Part shown: positions 1 through 9,028 of the stretch, piece after piece
How positions within the stretch are numbered: the stretch's first letter is position 1
Layout: every line of letters starts with the position of its first letter
Source: an uncultured Gemmataceae bacterium
GTDB taxonomy: Bacteria > Planctomycetota > Planctomycetia > Gemmatales > Gemmataceae
Assembly (NCBI GenBank): GCA_963750165.1
Contig: CAVVPN010000003.1
Coordinates: 2,880,001-2,944,000, forward strand
Reading direction: 5' to 3'
Length of the DNA: 64,000 nucleotides
The notes under the pieces: generated by a model
Database searches by the model: none
What the model saw: only the letters and a program-made list of their open reading frames with translations
What the model was told of the DNA's origin: nothing
Made by a program: the position numbers and the translations under genes

Positions 1-1062
1 GGCGCTGGCGTAGCGCCGCGCCGGATCCTTTTCCAAACATTTCAGCGCGATGATCTCCAGGTCCGCCGGCACCCGCGGGTTGAGCGCGCGCGGCGGCGGT
101 GGCTCGGTGTCGAGCGCGGCACGCAGCGTCAGCAGCGGCGTCGCCTCTTTGAACGGCGGCCGGCCGGTGAGCAGCTCGTACAGGATGGCGCCGAGACTGT
201 AAACATCGGCGGCGACGGTCAAATCCTTGTGCGGCCCGGCGGCCTGCTCGGGGGCCATGTAGCTGGGGGTGCCGACGGCGATGCCGGTTTCGGTCGGGTT
301 CGGGCTGGCGCGGTTGACCCACTTGGCCAGGCCGAAGTCGGTGACGTGCGGCCGGCCGTGCTCGTCGAGCAGGATGTTGGCCGGCTTGAGATCGCGGTGC
401 AGCAGACCACGGCGGTGAGCATAATCGACGGCCCGGGCAACCGTGGCCAGCAGCCGCGCCGCCGCCTCGGGGTCGTCGCGCAGCCGCTGGATGTGCCGCG
501 TCAGGCTCGACCCGTCGATCAACTTCATCGCGAAGTAGTGGCGGTTCTGGTCCTCGCCGATGTCGTAAATGGGGACGATGTGCGGGTGATCGAGGCCGGC
601 GACGGTCTCGGCCTCGAAGCGGAAACGCTGCACCGCGTCGGGCGTGGCCAGGTCGCCGGCCAGGATCATCTTGAGCGCCACCTGCCGCTGCAACCGCCGC
701 TGCCGGGCCTTGAAGACGACGCCCATGCCGCCGCGGGCGATCTCTTCCAGAATCTCGTACTCGCCCAGGCTGGCCGGCGTGAGGGGGCCGTTCAGACGGG
801 TGCCGTCGCGCGGCGTGGCGGAGCCGTGCCCAACGGTGAGGCTTTTCGACGACAACACCGCCTCGCGCAGCGGTGCCATCAGGGAGCCGAACCGATCCTC
901 GTCGGCGAAGAACTCGCGGAGGTCGTCGGCCAGCTCGGGGTGGCGGTCCAGCCAGCGTTGCGCGTCCTGCCGCCCCTCGTTCTCAACCGCGTCGAGGTAG
1001 GCGGCGACGACATCATCAAGGAGTTGTTCGCGGTCTTGCAGGTGCTGTGGCTCGGCGGCCAT
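1..1062 (-). CDS. Hanks-type Ser/Thr protein kinase (3' end beyond window start)
   Basis: Manual translation from ATG 1062 gives EIARGGMGVVFKA, VALK, HRDLKPANIL, DFGLAK and GTPSYMAPEQ motifs. Confidence 0.95.
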   Translation of the reverse strand, partial: MAAEPQHLQDREQLLDDVVAAYLDAVENEGRQDAQRWLDRHPELADDLREFFADEDRFGSLMAPLREAVLSSKSLTVGHGSATPRDGTRLNGPLTPASLGEYEILEEIARGGMGVVFKARQRRLQRQVALKMILAGDLATPDAVQRFRFEAETVAGLDHPHIVPIYDIGEDQNRHYFAMKLIDGSSLTRHIQRLRDDPEAAARLLATVARAVDYAHRRGLLHRDLKPANILLDEHGRPHVTDFGLAKWVNRASPNPTETGIAVGTPSYMAPEQAAGPHKDLTVAADVYSLGAILYELLTGRPPFKEATPLLTLRAALDTEPPPPRALNPRVPADLEIIALKCLEKDPARRYASA

Positions 1063-1065
1063 GCG

Positions 1066-1631
1066 TCATTCCCCCGCGCGCAGGTGTTGCCGGAGTTGTT
1101 TGAGGCCGCGCCGCAGCAGCGACGCGACGGCGGCGCGGCTGCGGTCGAGGTGCTTGGCGATGTCGTTGAGCGACCAACCCTCGCAGTGCCGCAGCAGTAG
1201 CACCTCACGCTGGTCGTCGGGCAGGGCGCCCAGCTTTTCGGCCAGCTGCATGACCTGTTCGTTGCGCTGGGCCAGTTCGCTGGGCGACTCCTGCTCGGCA
1301 ACCAACCACGCCTCCAGCCGGGCGGACGACTCCTGCAACGACGCCTCCAGGGAGCGCTCGAGGTTGATGTCGCGTTTGCCGCGGCTGAGGTCGCGGACGG
1401 CGTTGGCCATCGTGTTGGCCAGAATCTGCCGCAGCCAGGCCGCCTGCTCGCCGGCGCTGTGGCCGCGGAACTGGCCGCTGGCCTGATGGTGCGCAAAAGC
1501 GTCTGCTGCACCAGGTCGGATGGGTCCAGCTTGCTCTGGAGCTTGACGCTGATCTGCAGCCGCGCCAGCAGACGCAGGTAATCGCGGTAACGCTCCAGCG
1601 GCGCTACCGGGCCATTATCCAGGGAGGCCAT
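1066..1631 (-). pseudogene. ECF sigma-70 factor, frameshifted near 1490
   Basis: Region 2 (LERYRDYLRLLARLQ..DPSDLVQQTLL) and region 4 (LPDDQREVLLLRH..IAKHLDRS..LLRRGL) are in different frames; adding one base restores RxHQASGQFRG. Confidence 0.85.
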
Positions 1632-1754
1632 GCGGTTGCTCCTGAGGGTAGAGACACCCCGGGCGGACAATTAAACCACGGCGCCACCCTGGCCGGCAGC
1701 AGGTGGGCGGTGTTCGTGGGTTTAGAGCGGTTCGCGTTTGGGTAGCGCACAAGT

Positions 1755-1815
1755 CGTGGGACGGCTCTCCAGAGCCGTCAGCGTTCTCCCGACGGCTCTG
1801 GAGAGCCGTCCCACG
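1755..1815. repeat. REP-like doublet GTGGGACGGCTCTCCAGAGCCGTC
   Basis: Inverted pair of palindromic units; related copies at 4409-4436 and 20575-20599. Confidence 0.8.
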
Positions 1816-1973
1816 ACTTGTAGTCCACGCGACTGGGAACCGCTCTAGTATACCCGACGACTTCGCAAAGGTAAAACGTGGAAGGTGGGGAAGTGTTGCG
1901 GCGGCGGGTGTCCTTTTCTTCTTCCGTGGGGCAGGCTTTCCAGCCTGCCCCACGAAAGAAGCGGCCGATACGG

Positions 1974-2714
1974 TTACGGCATCTCCTTGACCTGGATGTG
2001 GCGGAATTCGAACTTGCCCGTCTCGGCCTGCAAACCGATGCCGCCCTTGGTGCCGGCGTTCATCGCCTTGTCCATGATCTCGCCGTTGCACAGGCACTTC
2101 GCGACGGCGCCGACGCTGATCTTCAGGTCGGTGACCGCCACGTCCTTGCCGTTGAGCCTGGCCGCGGGTTTGCCGTCCTTGACGGTCAGTTCGAGCAGGT
2201 CACCGGCACCGACCATCTTGTTGTTGACGGTGGTCTTGACGACGCCGTTCTTGACGGTGATGTCCAGTTCGTTCCAGTCGTCGTTCTTGAACTTCTTGAG
2301 GTGTTTCATCTCGTTGCGGCGGATGAAGTCGCGCACCTGCAACTGCGGCCCGCGGAGGTAAACGCCGCTGTCCGCCTTCGGGGCGGCGCGGAACTCCAAC
2401 TTGAGATGGAATTCCTTGTTGTAGTCCTTGACGGTGTACAGATCCTTGATGCCGCCCTTGCCGTCCCTGTCCTTCGCGTTGGCGACGATGATGCCGTCCT
2501 TGACCTCGAAGCGTTTGTCATACGTTTCCAGCTTGCCGGTGAGATCCTTTTCCTTGTAGTACCGCCAGCCGGTGAGATCCTTGCCGTTGAACAGCGAGGT
2601 GTAGCCCGGTTCGGGCTTCCAGGTGTCCTGCGCCGTGGGCGTGGTGCCGGCCGTGGCGCCGCAGGCGACCACCAGCGCCGCCGCCAGGACGCCGTGCAAC
2701 CAACTCTGCTTCAT
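1974..2714 (-). CDS. Secreted DUF1080 (3-keto-disaccharide hydrolase-like) protein
   Basis: Signal peptide, SLFNGKDLTGW, DSGVYLRG, GGIGLQAE..FRHI. Confidence 0.9.
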   Translation of the reverse strand: MKQSWLHGVLAAALVVACGATAGTTPTAQDTWKPEPGYTSLFNGKDLTGWRYYKEKDLTGKLETYDKRFEVKDGIIVANAKDRDGKGGIKDLYTVKDYNKEFHLKLEFRAAPKADSGVYLRGPQLQVRDFIRRNEMKHLKKFKNDDWNELDITVKNGVVKTTVNNKMVGAGDLLELTVKDGKPAARLNGKDVAVTDLKISVGAVAKCLCNGEIMDKAMNAGTKGGIGLQAETGKFEFRHIQVKEMP

Positions 2715-2804
2715 GGAAGTGCTCCTGTGATTTAGAGGTCTCGGCCCCAGCTGACCCCGATTACATTTCGCGCGGACTGCGACGCGCGTGAAACGTAAAC
2801 GAGG

Positions 2805-3512
2805 TCAGCGAGGGGGAACAATCCTGGATTCCGGCAGTTCCTTGAGGTAAATGTTCTTGAACCACAACTCGTCGCCGTGATGCTGCAACTCAATCGGTCC
2901 GCTCGCCGGCAGCGGCTGGCCGCGCTCCCAGTAGTTCTCCAGCGGCGTGTCGTTGACCACCTTCTTGCCGTTGAGGAACACGGTCACCCTGTCGCCCTTC
3001 ATGATGATGTGGAAGGTGTTCCACTGACCGGGCGGTCGGTCGGCGACCAGCAGCGGCTTGCGCGGGTTCTTCTGGTTGTTGTACAGGCCGCCGGAGCCCT
3101 CCGGGTTGTCCCAGATTTGCACCTGCGGATGGCCGCGCAGGTAAATGCCGCTGTCGCCCTTCTTGCCGATCTTCCAGTCCACGTACAACTCGAAGTTGCC
3201 GTAATCCTTCGCCGTTTGCAGGTTGTTGTTCTTGCCGTCGTAGTGGATGACGCCATCCTTGACGGTCCAGTGTTGCAGCGCCTTGGGGGTGGCCTTGGCG
3301 ACTGCCGCTTTGTACTGCTCCGGCGTCATTTTCTTGCGCTGCTTCACGTCCACCAGGCCCTGCCAGCCGGTGAGGTCCTTGCCGTTGAACAGGGCGGTGA
3401 AGCCTGGCGGAGGCGTGTTGTCGCGGGGCGGTTGCTTGTCCTGGGCGGGCACGTCCACTGCCAGCAGCAGCCCAACCAGGGCCACGGCCGGCAGGGCCAG
3501 CGCGGTTCGCAT
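2805..3512 (-). CDS. Secreted DUF1080 protein
   Basis: Signal peptide, LFNGKDLTGW, GDSGIYLRG, GPIELQHHG..WFKNIY. Confidence 0.92.
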   Translation of the reverse strand: MRTALALPAVALVGLLLAVDVPAQDKQPPRDNTPPPGFTALFNGKDLTGWQGLVDVKQRKKMTPEQYKAAVAKATPKALQHWTVKDGVIHYDGKNNNLQTAKDYGNFELYVDWKIGKKGDSGIYLRGHPQVQIWDNPEGSGGLYNNQKNPRKPLLVADRPPGQWNTFHIIMKGDRVTVFLNGKKVVNDTPLENYWERGQPLPASGPIELQHHGDELWFKNIYLKELPESRIVPPR

Positions 3513-3651
3513 ACGGTTGCTCCTTCGCTCCAGAGGGGTCACGGTCAACGTCCCGCACGAGGACGTTTCATTGCGGTGGGAAACCGGCGGGCTGTCGGTA
3601 GGTTTTCCAGAAGTGTACCGCGGCGGCGCGGGCGATACAAAGGATTTCCGG

Positions 3652-4200
3652 TCAAGCTTTCTTCTCAATCAGCGACTGCGACTTGACGACCGTGTGCTCC
3701 TCGGGGAAAGTGTGGAAGGCGGACAGGAACAGGCAGCCAGCCCGGGACTCGACGGCCACCAGGCCGAGCGGCGCCAGGGCCAGACGGTGGTGCGGTTGAA
3801 AGTGGTGCAGCAGGCCGCGCTTGTCGCCGTCGGCCAGAATCTCTTCGTGGACGTGAGCGAAAATCTCCGGCGGTAGCACCTCGACCTGGAAAGTGGTCTG
3901 ATAGTGGACGCCATGAGCGCAGGCGAGGGTGCCGCTGTGCTCGCCGCGCAGCCGATAGCTGAGCAGGCGTCGGCCCTGGGGCAGTTCCTGCTCCACGGCG
4001 GCGGCGACCTCGGTCAGGCAAACGTCGCGGTTGTGCCAGTGGACGGCGTGGCCGGTGCGCGTGATACGCACGGTCAACTCCCAGTCGTCACGCCGGACGG
4101 TGCGGCTGGCCAGGATGTCAAACAACTCGGGGTGCAACGGTTTTCCGTAGAGCTGGAAAACCAGGTCCGCCACCCGCGGTCGTACCAGGTAAACGCCCAT
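3652..4200 (-). CDS. DUF2617-like hypothetical protein
   Basis: LHPELF and HTFPEE..VKSQS motifs recalled from this family; ATG at 4200. Confidence 0.65.
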   Translation of the reverse strand: MGVYLVRPRVADLVFQLYGKPLHPELFDILASRTVRRDDWELTVRITRTGHAVHWHNRDVCLTEVAAAVEQELPQGRRLLSYRLRGEHSGTLACAHGVHYQTTFQVEVLPPEIFAHVHEEILADGDKRGLLHHFQPHHRLALAPLGLVAVESRAGCLFLSAFHTFPEEHTVVKSQSLIEKKA

Positions 4201-4381
4201 GACACTTCCAGCTACGGTCCTCCCTCGGAATCGACTCGCCCTCACCGCGGGATTATAGCAAGCCCCGGTGCGGCCACAATGCGTCTTCTGCTGAGGAAAT
4301 TGCCTGATCTGCCAGGCCGCTGTCACAATCCGATCCCGCGGAACTGCAAACCGGCGCCACGCGGTCGTTTCCCGTCCGGTA

Positions 4382-4460
4382 AGGAGGCGCCGAACAACAA
4401 CTTCCAAGAGTAGGACGGCTCTGGAGAGCCGTCCTACGAAGTTGTTGTTCGGCGCCTCCT
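4382..4460. repeat. Long hairpin with a central GTAG REP unit
   Basis: AGGAGGCGCCGAACAACAACTTC...GAAGTTGTTGTTCGGCGCCTCCT surrounds GTAGGACGGCTCTGGAGAGCCGTCCTAC. Confidence 0.75.
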
Positions 4461-4521
4461 AAGAAGCAAAAACGACCTCGGCGCAGAGGGCTCACGCCCT
4501 CCGCGCCGAGGTCACTTTCGG

Positions 4522-5127
4522 TTAGACGCAGGCCAGCTCCCGCTCACGGGGCCGGTCCTGGGTCTTGCGGCCGCGCGGGCCGTCGCCGGGCTGGGCCGTC
4601 TCCAGCTGCTGCCGCAGCCGGTTCCGGGCCACGTGCAGCCGCCGCTTGATGGTGCCAACCGGCGTCTCGAACTGCTGGCTCATCTCCAGGAGCGACTGAC
4701 CCTGGATGTAGAAGGCCACCAGCGTTTCCCGGTCGATGGCCTTCAGCCGCTTCAGGCCGACCCACAGCTCGGCGTTCTGCTCGGCCCGAACCAGCTCATC
4801 CAGCGGCGTGGCGCCCTGGGCGGCCGTGTTCTGCAGGACCTCCGGCTCGGTGCCCTGCAACGGCAACCGCCGCGTCACCCGGTTGATGGCCATGCGCACC
4901 GTGATCTGGCACAGCCAGCCGATGAAGCACTTCAGGTCGCGCAGCTGGCCGAGCTTCGTCCAGGCGTGGATGAACACCTCCTGGGCCAGCTCCTGGGCCT
5001 CCAGCGGGTTGCGCAGCCGGGCCAGCGCCTTGGCGTAGACGATGGGCTGGCAGCGCTGCACCAGCTCGCCGTAGGCCGCCCGGTCACCCCGCTGGGCCGA
5101 CTCCACCAACGTGTAAATCTCGTCCAT
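4522..5127 (-). CDS. ECF RNA polymerase sigma-70 factor
   Basis: AQRGDRAAYGELV, EAQELAQEVF, TPVGTIKRRLHVARNRL. Confidence 0.92.
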   Translation of the reverse strand: MDEIYTLVESAQRGDRAAYGELVQRCQPIVYAKALARLRNPLEAQELAQEVFIHAWTKLGQLRDLKCFIGWLCQITVRMAINRVTRRLPLQGTEPEVLQNTAAQGATPLDELVRAEQNAELWVGLKRLKAIDRETLVAFYIQGQSLLEMSQQFETPVGTIKRRLHVARNRLRQQLETAQPGDGPRGRKTQDRPRERELACV

Positions 5128-5526
5128 AATGATGGCGCACCTGTCCCGATCCCTGTTTCGGTTGTGGCACCGCGGCAGAACGGCTGGCCCCCGCCCCGGA
5201 TCAACGGCGGGAACACGCCACACCCAGTCTGCACACGCAGGCCGGGGGGCAGCGACCGTTCGCGGTGGTTGTGACGGCACGACACGCGACCTTGCAGCAC
5301 CCTTTTCGTGGTGAAGGTGGGCCGCCTGCACTACGAAAGTGCGGCAGCGCACGACGGCACGGGGTCACGCAGGGGTCAATGGTCCGCGTTGAGTAACACC
5401 AGGAATTTCACTGGTTGAGCGTGTGCGGCGACAGAAACGTGTCACCAATTCACTGGCAGACTGGGCATCTGCCGGGCGTCGGAATGTGGGTACTAGTTTC
5501 TGCGCATCACATGCTCTTTCCTCGGG

Positions 5527-6039
5527 TCAATAGGTGGTAAAGTTCCCGTAATACGGCAGCCGCAACTGCGGTTGCCACACCGGCGGGATGCGATTTTTGA
5601 CCCCCGATGAGCGCGGCGAGCAGATGAGGCTGCCGCGTACCGAGGGCCGGCGCATCCCGGCCAGGGAACCCGAAGGCTGGTCTGTGGTTAGCGACGCTAA
5701 CGCACGGGACTGGCCCTGGACCAACTGCCGTCCGGAGAGGACGGCCCGCCTGGCGGTTCTCGCGAGGCGGCGACTGTCGAGGACACCAGTGGAGCTTCCG
5801 GGCCGACCGGCCCGATGCGCAGGGCGCTTCCCGCCTGGCGTGCAGGCGGTGGTGCCCCGCGTACCGGCATCGATGTCGGCTTGCGGGTCGCTCGGGAACA
5901 GGTGTCGTGCGAAGGACAGGGAGAGCACCTGAGGTTCCTGGACGGCCAGATTGGAACCGATGCACTCCACGACCATCCGCACGTCATGGTTGACGCGGAC
6001 GCCACGCAGCACCAGGGATTCCAGATTCTTCACGGCCAT
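5527..6039 (-). CDS. Hypothetical protein or leader ORF upstream of the sigma factor
   Basis: ATG with a GGAGGT RBS; no recognisable domain. Confidence 0.35.
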   Translation of the reverse strand: MAVKNLESLVLRGVRVNHDVRMVVECIGSNLAVQEPQVLSLSFARHLFPSDPQADIDAGTRGTTACTPGGKRPAHRAGRPGSSTGVLDSRRLARTARRAVLSGRQLVQGQSRALASLTTDQPSGSLAGMRRPSVRGSLICSPRSSGVKNRIPPVWQPQLRLPYYGNFTTY

Positions 6040-6488
6040 GGGAGACCTCCGGCGATCAAAGGGGTTGACCCGATGGGTCAACGAGGGTTGAAAAAAGGGC
6101 GTCGGATGTATGGGCGACTTTCGTTGTTTGGGGGCGAACCGATTCTGCAAAACCATCTAACAAGTACATCGTCCGCCCGCGCTCTTGCTTGCGCGAGTTT
6201 TGGGCTTTTTTTGGTTTTGGTGGCCTGAAAGATGATTTTGGGTTGACGATATACTTACAGATCGTTCGACCTGATGAAAGGTTCGCGCAAAATACCAAAA
6301 ATCTTTTTGAGAGTCAAGCAAGTCACATGCCGGAGCCGGACGGCGGCCGAATGCTGCGACACAAGTCGTATATTCGCAAGGAGAAGAGAAAAATCACCTG
6401 GCGGCAAGCGCGGCGGTTGGGGAGCGCCGGAAAAAGGTGTCGCGTTTTGCCACGCCGTGCCAGGGCGAGTGCAGCATTTTGCCCGGCG

Positions 6489-7163
6489 TTACTGCTTGTG
6501 AAACATTTGCAGCAGGTGCTCGACCTGTCTGCGGACCTCGGGCGTTTCCTTGTAGATGGGGGCCGGCGGCAGGCGGACCTTCTCATTGACCCGAGGCGTG
6601 TCGTAGCCGGGCGAGCGCGGCACCGGCGTCACGATGTAGACGGGGTTGGTCGCGCCGCGCCGCGCCGTCAGCGCCAGGACGTATCGGCCCGGCCCTTCCC
6701 AGCCGTATTCCTTATCGCACAACCGCAGGTTGCGCACGGTCAGGGTCTCGCCTTCCAGGTTGGCCCGGTCCTTCGGCCACAGCACTTCCTTGACGACGAC
6801 TTCTTCAAACGGCCCGTCGCCGACCACCTCCACGGGAACGCTGATGACCTTCCCGGGCACGGTTTCGAGGCGGGCATACTGCCCTGGCAGGGTCCACGCC
6901 TCGGAGCCGGGGATGCCGAGCAGCGGCACGGGCAGCAGGGCGGGCAGTTTCACCTGTCGCGGCGGCGGTTTGTGGCTGCCGTCCTGCAGTTCGGCGACGA
7001 CAACGAGGTTCGCGACCAGGAGTTGCGGACGTGAGACGACGATGGCTTTCTTGCCCGAGGTGAGCTGCTCGCGCAACACCGGGTACGCCAGCGCCATCAG
7101 GCAGCCCATCCAGGCCACGAACACGATGGCCGCCACCGTCAGCCGTGCCCTGCCCCTGCTCAT
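6489..7163 (-). CDS. Hypothetical membrane-anchored protein
   Basis: N-terminal hydrophobic helix; starts 1 nt after the upstream stop. Confidence 0.75.
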   Translation of the reverse strand: MSRGRARLTVAAIVFVAWMGCLMALAYPVLREQLTSGKKAIVVSRPQLLVANLVVVAELQDGSHKPPPRQVKLPALLPVPLLGIPGSEAWTLPGQYARLETVPGKVISVPVEVVGDGPFEEVVVKEVLWPKDRANLEGETLTVRNLRLCDKEYGWEGPGRYVLALTARRGATNPVYIVTPVPRSPGYDTPRVNEKVRLPPAPIYKETPEVRRQVEHLLQMFHKQ

Positions 7164-7164
7164 G

Positions 7165-7575
7165 TTATTTCACCTCGTCCAGCTCGATGCGGTAGCCGTG
7201 CAGGAGGGCCTCGTCGAGGTCGAAGAGATTGTGAAAGTCATCACGAGTGTCCTCATCGGTCTTGCTCATCAGCCCGACTTCCACGAGGTTGAAGACCAGT
7301 TCGCCCACGTCGTCGGTGCGCTGGATGCCCCAGAGGCGGAAGACCGTCCGCGCCATGCGGCCGAAGTCGCGCAGGGCCAGGTCGCGCATGCCAGCCAGCA
7401 GTTCCGGGCCGCTGACGTGTTGCTCCGCGGTCACCTGACGGCGACCTGCCGCCGGCTCGCGCCCCAGCAGTTTCTGCGTGTGCTGCAGCGCGTGGAACAG
7501 GAACTCATAGGCCTCATAGGCGTAGCGCCCGTCGCGACGAACGACCTCGGCCAGACCGGGGTGGTACATGCTCAT
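7165..7575 (-). CDS. Verrucomicrobia/Planctomycetes-restricted (Minf_1886-like) protein
   Basis: D.RY..EAYEF, HVSGPELL, WGI..T.DVGELVFNLV, D..DDF motifs. Confidence 0.85.
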   Translation of the reverse strand: MSMYHPGLAEVVRRDGRYAYEAYEFLFHALQHTQKLLGREPAAGRRQVTAEQHVSGPELLAGMRDLALRDFGRMARTVFRLWGIQRTDDVGELVFNLVEVGLMSKTDEDTRDDFHNLFDLDEALLHGYRIELDEVK

Positions 7576-7606
7576 GCCTTCGATAACCCTCAACTCTTTA
7601 TTCTTC

Positions 7607-7844
7607 GTTCGTAGTACCGCCTTCAGGCGGAAGCCGACCATCAGATTCCGCCTGAAGAGAGCGTCCAGCTTTCAAGTGTTGGTAATTAAGGAGTTACGGC
7701 GATCCAGGTGGCCCAAAATGGGGGTGGAGGGGGTCCGGGAATACCTGAACAAAAAAGCCTCTTCCGAGACGTAACCCTCTTGCCGTAAACCCTTTCCCTG
7801 CACCACTTATAAGCTGGACGCTCTCTGAAGGCGGTACTACGAAC
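7607..7844. repeat. GTAG-type REP doublet interrupted by a MITE
   Basis: GTTCGTAGTACCGCCTTCAGGCGGAA ... TTCCGCCTGAAG[insert]GCGGTACTACGAAC. Confidence 0.8.
7658..7824. mobile_element. 167-bp MITE with terminal inverted repeats and a 6-bp target duplication
   Basis: TIRs AGAGCGTCCAGCTT(TC/AT)AAGTG; CTGAAG at 7652-7657 and 7825-7830. Confidence 0.8.
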
Positions 7845-7851
7845 CAAGACA

Positions 7852-8661
7852 TCATCCCAGGCGCGTCAAGATCTCGTCGGCCGCCACCGGCAGCCGGCGA
7901 CCGTCTTCAAACTCCACCAGCAGCTTGCGGGCGAGGATCTCCTGCGCGATCACACGCCCCTGGCCCTTGGCCGTGACGACGCGCGACCCCGGCGGCGGCA
8001 GCGCCTGCTGAAACTCCTCGTACACGTCCTGCTCGAAGCGCAGACAGCACTTGAGCCGACCGCAGCGGCCGGAAATCTTCGACGGATCGAGCGTCGATTT
8101 TTGCAGCTTGGCCATGCGCATCGACACCGGCGGCATCACGGCCATGTGCGTGTTGCAGCACACCGGCTTGCCACAATCGCCGAAGTCCGCCAGCAACTTG
8201 GCCTCGTCGCGCACGCCGATCTGCCGCATTTCGATGCGCGTGCGGTACTCACGCGCCAGGTCCTTGACCAGTTCGCGGAAATCGACACGCTTCTCCGCCA
8301 AAAAATAGAACACGATCCGCTCGCCGCCGAACAGGTGCTCCACGTCCACCAATTCCATCTGCAACCGGCGCGTCTCGATGTAGCGGTTGCAGGTGTGGAA
8401 CTCCTCCAGTTCGGCCTGGCGCAGACGGGCGGCCTGTTCGTGATCGTCGGCGGTGAAGGGCCGCACCAGTTCGCCGTGGGTGGGCTCGCTGAGCAGTTGC
8501 ACGGCGCGCGCCGTGGCTTCGCAGAGTACCTCGGCCGCCTCCAGGCCGCGCTCGGTGCGCACGACGACGTGCTGGCCGCGGACGAACGGGAGGTCGGCCG
8601 GAGCCTGGAACTCGCCCAGGAAACGCATGGCGCCGTGTCGCGCGATGTAACTGCCCGGCAT
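7852..8661 (-). CDS. PSP1-domain (YaaT/RicT-like) protein
   Basis: RVDFRELVKDL, RQIGVRDEAK, CGKPVCC, KISGRCGRLKCCLRFE. Confidence 0.93.
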   Translation of the reverse strand: MPGSYIARHGAMRFLGEFQAPADLPFVRGQHVVVRTERGLEAAEVLCEATARAVQLLSEPTHGELVRPFTADDHEQAARLRQAELEEFHTCNRYIETRRLQMELVDVEHLFGGERIVFYFLAEKRVDFRELVKDLAREYRTRIEMRQIGVRDEAKLLADFGDCGKPVCCNTHMAVMPPVSMRMAKLQKSTLDPSKISGRCGRLKCCLRFEQDVYEEFQQALPPPGSRVVTAKGQGRVIAQEILARKLLVEFEDGRRLPVAADEILTRLG

Positions 8662-9028
8662 GGGGTTGGTCCTTGGTACGGAACCCCGGAGGTCGCTGGA
8701 CGGCCCCCATTGTAAAGCACTGGCTCACAAAGGAAAGAGCATTGTCGGGCTTGGCGGTCCTGGTGGCGGTGGGAGAGTCGAGCGATTGGCGGGGTTGGCA
8801 CCGGTGAAGGACATAGGCCGCAACTGCTTACCTCCAAAGCATAGCTCGATCACCTGCGCCTGTAAAGCCGGAAATCCTGGAAAAATCGGGAAGGTTCCCT
8901 ATGCCGTCGGCGATACCTGGCGCCGGGGACGTTTCTGCCGTCCGGCGAGAAATTCTTGACCTAGACTTGCAAGGGATTGTGTCGGCCGATCGTTGCCGGA
9001 GAATCCTCCCCAATTCAGCCAGGTGGAG

